From the NCBI GenBank assembly GCA_031409275.1, contig JANNXA010000011.1, positions 1 to 44,593 on the forward strand: 44,593 nucleotides of DNA. Direction: 5' to 3'. The position numbers were made by a program, and so were the translations under genes. The number at the start of each line of letters is the position of its first letter. Position 1 is the first letter of the stretch. This stretch comes from Planctomycetota bacterium (GTDB lineage Bacteria > Planctomycetota > B15-G4 > SIAN01). Below are positions 42,466-44,593 of the stretch, piece by piece. The notes beneath the pieces are model-generated. The model had not been told where the DNA came from and did no database searches. It worked only from the letters and a program-made list of their open reading frames with translations.

Positions 42466-43893
42466 ATGGCCGAACTCGCTCGTCCCGCTTCGACGCTGCT
42501 CCTCGCGTTGCTAGCGAGCACCAGTTGCACGCAACTGCGCCGCGAAGGTCCGGGCGAGGAGGAGGAGCGCGAGCGCGGTCCGAAGGCGCGTCACGACATG
42601 ATGACGAGCGCCATCCTCGCGCAGTCGATGTCGTCGGGTCGACCGAGCACGAGCACGCCGCCCGGCACGCTGCCGCCGACTGGCACCGCGTCGACCTTCG
42701 ACACGCAGCGCGTGATGAGCTACTACTTCTCCGACTGGGAGCCGGCGGTCGCCTGCAGCCGCGACGGCCGTTACATCTACCAAGCGACCACTCGCTACGG
42801 AGATCCGCGCGCCTTCTCGCAACCTCACATCCCGCTCTCCATTTCGACCGATGGCGGCGACACCTGGCAGCCCGATCAGTACGTCGAGAACACTCGCAAA
42901 TGGGAGGCGGACCCGCAGATCGCCGTCTCCGATGACGACACCGTCTTCCTCGTGTGGCTCAGCCTCTTCACGCCAGGCGTCAGCTTCAAGAAATCGAGCG
43001 ACCACGGCCGCACGTGGACGGCGCCGGTGGCGCTCGCGCCCCTCAGTTCGAGCTATCCGGCAGGGTGGTCGGACAAGCCCTGGCTCGTGGTCCATCCGAA
43101 CGGACAGGATCTCTTCGTCGGATTCAATTCTTCCGACCCGTACGTCGTCGTCTCGCACGATGGCGGCAACACGTGGTCCAACCCGATCCAGACCTCGACC
43201 AACGGCCGCTACTGGTACCACACCGGCGGCTGCGTCGCCCCCAACGGCGACATCTACTTCGCCACGGCGGACTACCGCGCGAACTTCACCGGCAAGACCT
43301 ACGTGAACGTCACGCGCTCCACCGACAACGGAGCCACCTGGAGCAACGTCCGCATCGACGCGTCCGAGGAGATGCCCGACTGCGTGTCGGTGAAGGGCTG
43401 CTACTTCGGTTTCCTCGGGCCGCAGTCCGCCATCGCTTGCGATTCGGCGGGGACGCTGATGTACGTCTGGAACGCCGGCACGCAGCGACGCCGGCCGCAG
43501 AAGCTCTTCGTCTCGACCTCGACCGACGGCGTCAACTGGAGCGCACGCCAGCAGGTCTCGGTCGCGCCGAACAACGTCCACAACGGCTTTCCTGCGATCG
43601 TCGCCGGCCCGACGCCCGGTGACTTCCGCATCGTCTGGCAGGACTCGCGACTCGGCGGCGCGTGGAACACCTGGTTCAAGCGGACGACCGATGGCGGACT
43701 CACGTGGGAACCCGACGTGCGCCTCTCCGGCCTCGACGTGCCGGTCGTCTACAAGTCGCCACAGGGCTACAACTTCGTCTTCGGTGACTACCTCGGCATG
43801 GCGGTGGACGACTGGGGCACCAACCACGTGATCTGGGGCGAGGGCGACTCGTACGACGGCCCCGGCAGCACCTGGTTCACGCGCGGCTGGTAG
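42466..43893 (+). CDS. BNR/Asp-box repeat (sialidase-like beta-propeller) lipoprotein
   Basis: Six Asp-box-like motifs (STDGGDTW, SSDHGRTW, SHDGGNTW, STDNGATW, STDGVNW, TTDGGLTW) and C-terminal FGDYLGM. Signal MAELARPASTLLLALLASTSC after SD GGAG. Confidence 0.87.
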   Translation: MAELARPASTLLLALLASTSCTQLRREGPGEEEERERGPKARHDMMTSAILAQSMSSGRPSTSTPPGTLPPTGTASTFDTQRVMSYYFSDWEPAVACSRDGRYIYQATTRYGDPRAFSQPHIPLSISTDGGDTWQPDQYVENTRKWEADPQIAVSDDDTVFLVWLSLFTPGVSFKKSSDHGRTWTAPVALAPLSSSYPAGWSDKPWLVVHPNGQDLFVGFNSSDPYVVVSHDGGNTWSNPIQTSTNGRYWYHTGGCVAPNGDIYFATADYRANFTGKTYVNVTRSTDNGATWSNVRIDASEEMPDCVSVKGCYFGFLGPQSAIACDSAGTLMYVWNAGTQRRRPQKLFVSTSTDGVNWSARQQVSVAPNNVHNGFPAIVAGPTPGDFRIVWQDSRLGGAWNTWFKRTTDGGLTWEPDVRLSGLDVPVVYKSPQGYNFVFGDYLGMAVDDWGTNHVIWGEGDSYDGPGSTWFTRGW

Positions 43894-43921
43894 ACCGCGG
43901 CACCGCGCAGCGGCGCTCCGC

Positions 43922-44593
43922 TCACCAGTGAAGTTCGAGTTCCTCTCGCCACGCCGCGAGCGCGGAAGCGTCGCCGGCGGCGCAGCGCGCGAGCTCCACC
44001 CCTGACGGCGGCGGCACCAACCCCGCGAGCACCTTCACGAGTCGCGCGCGCAACTCCGCCTCGGGCGCATCGAGCAGATGCCACAGGGAGAGCGAGTTGC
44101 GGAGGTCCACGCATCCACCCATCGCCGTCAGCATCTCGTCGATGGCCCGCTCTGCGGCGGCTCCGTCGTGGCGAGCGCGCGCCTCGTCGTGATGCTGCAG
44201 CGCCAGCTTCAACGCGTCGCTGCTGTCCTCCCACGACGGCGTGCCGGGCCCGAATCCAGGCCACGCGCGGCAGCCGGCGCCCGCCGGGACGTGCACCTTG
44301 CGACCGTCGCTCTCGAACGAGACGCTGCCGGAAACGACGGCCAGGAACGTATGCCGCTGCGCGTCGACCGTCGTGCGGTAGATGCAGCCGAGGTCGACGG
44401 CAATGCCACCCGGCGTCCCCAACGCGAAGACGCGAGGCGCGGCGAAGATGAGCGCCTCGACCGTGCCGCGTTCGAGTTCCAGCTGATAGGCACCTTCGCG
44501 GGTGCGATCGCCGTGTCCCGGGGCCACCCGCAACCGCGTCTGCTCCGACAACTCGAGCCAGCCGACGTCGCCGACGCGCACGCGCGCGCTCGC
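43922..44593 (-). CDS. FecR-domain protein, 5' end outside the window
   Basis: LELSEQTRLRV...LELERGTVEA...F..GTPGGIAVDLGCIY...LAVVSGSVSF is a FecR-like beta pattern. The frame stays open to the window edge. Confidence 0.75.
   Translation of the reverse strand, partial: ASARVRVGDVGWLELSEQTRLRVAPGHGDRTREGAYQLELERGTVEALIFAAPRVFALGTPGGIAVDLGCIYRTTVDAQRHTFLAVVSGSVSFESDGRKVHVPAGAGCRAWPGFGPGTPSWEDSSDALKLALQHHDEARARHDGAAAERAIDEMLTAMGGCVDLRNSLSLWHLLDAPEAELRARLVKVLAGLVPPPSGVELARCAAGDASALAAWREELELHW

Overview
This is a GC-rich (about 70% by eye) bacterial chromosomal segment, probably from an uncultured Planctomycetota genome. The lineage is inferred from a DUF1592/DUF1552 pair, an ASPIC/UnbV protein, an FG-GAP protein, HEAT-repeat proteins, an ECF sigma next to a Ser/Thr kinase, and an ECF with a long membrane-anchored extension. 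It holds about 27 genes, mostly exported hydrolases, envelope proteins and signalling proteins, including three ECF sigma factors and a partial FecR-like gene at the right edge. The strongest hidden signal is a candidate cryptic selenoprotein. An exported redoxin (21971-22603) has an in-frame TGA exactly where its family has the conserved C-terminal Cys (VFG-TGA-GIKM). A perfect hairpin with a GGUC loop, resembling the E. coli fdhF SECIS loop, follows just past the true stop codon. Other structure missed by the ORF track: an Rpn/YhgA nuclease with an internal SD+ATG (candidate gene-within-a-gene antitoxin), the left end of an IS1380-like element, a ~158 bp MITE-like inverted-repeat element, and a decayed DUF3052-like gene. 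No rRNA, tRNA or CRISPR array was recognised. All family calls come from motif recognition by eye, not database searches.
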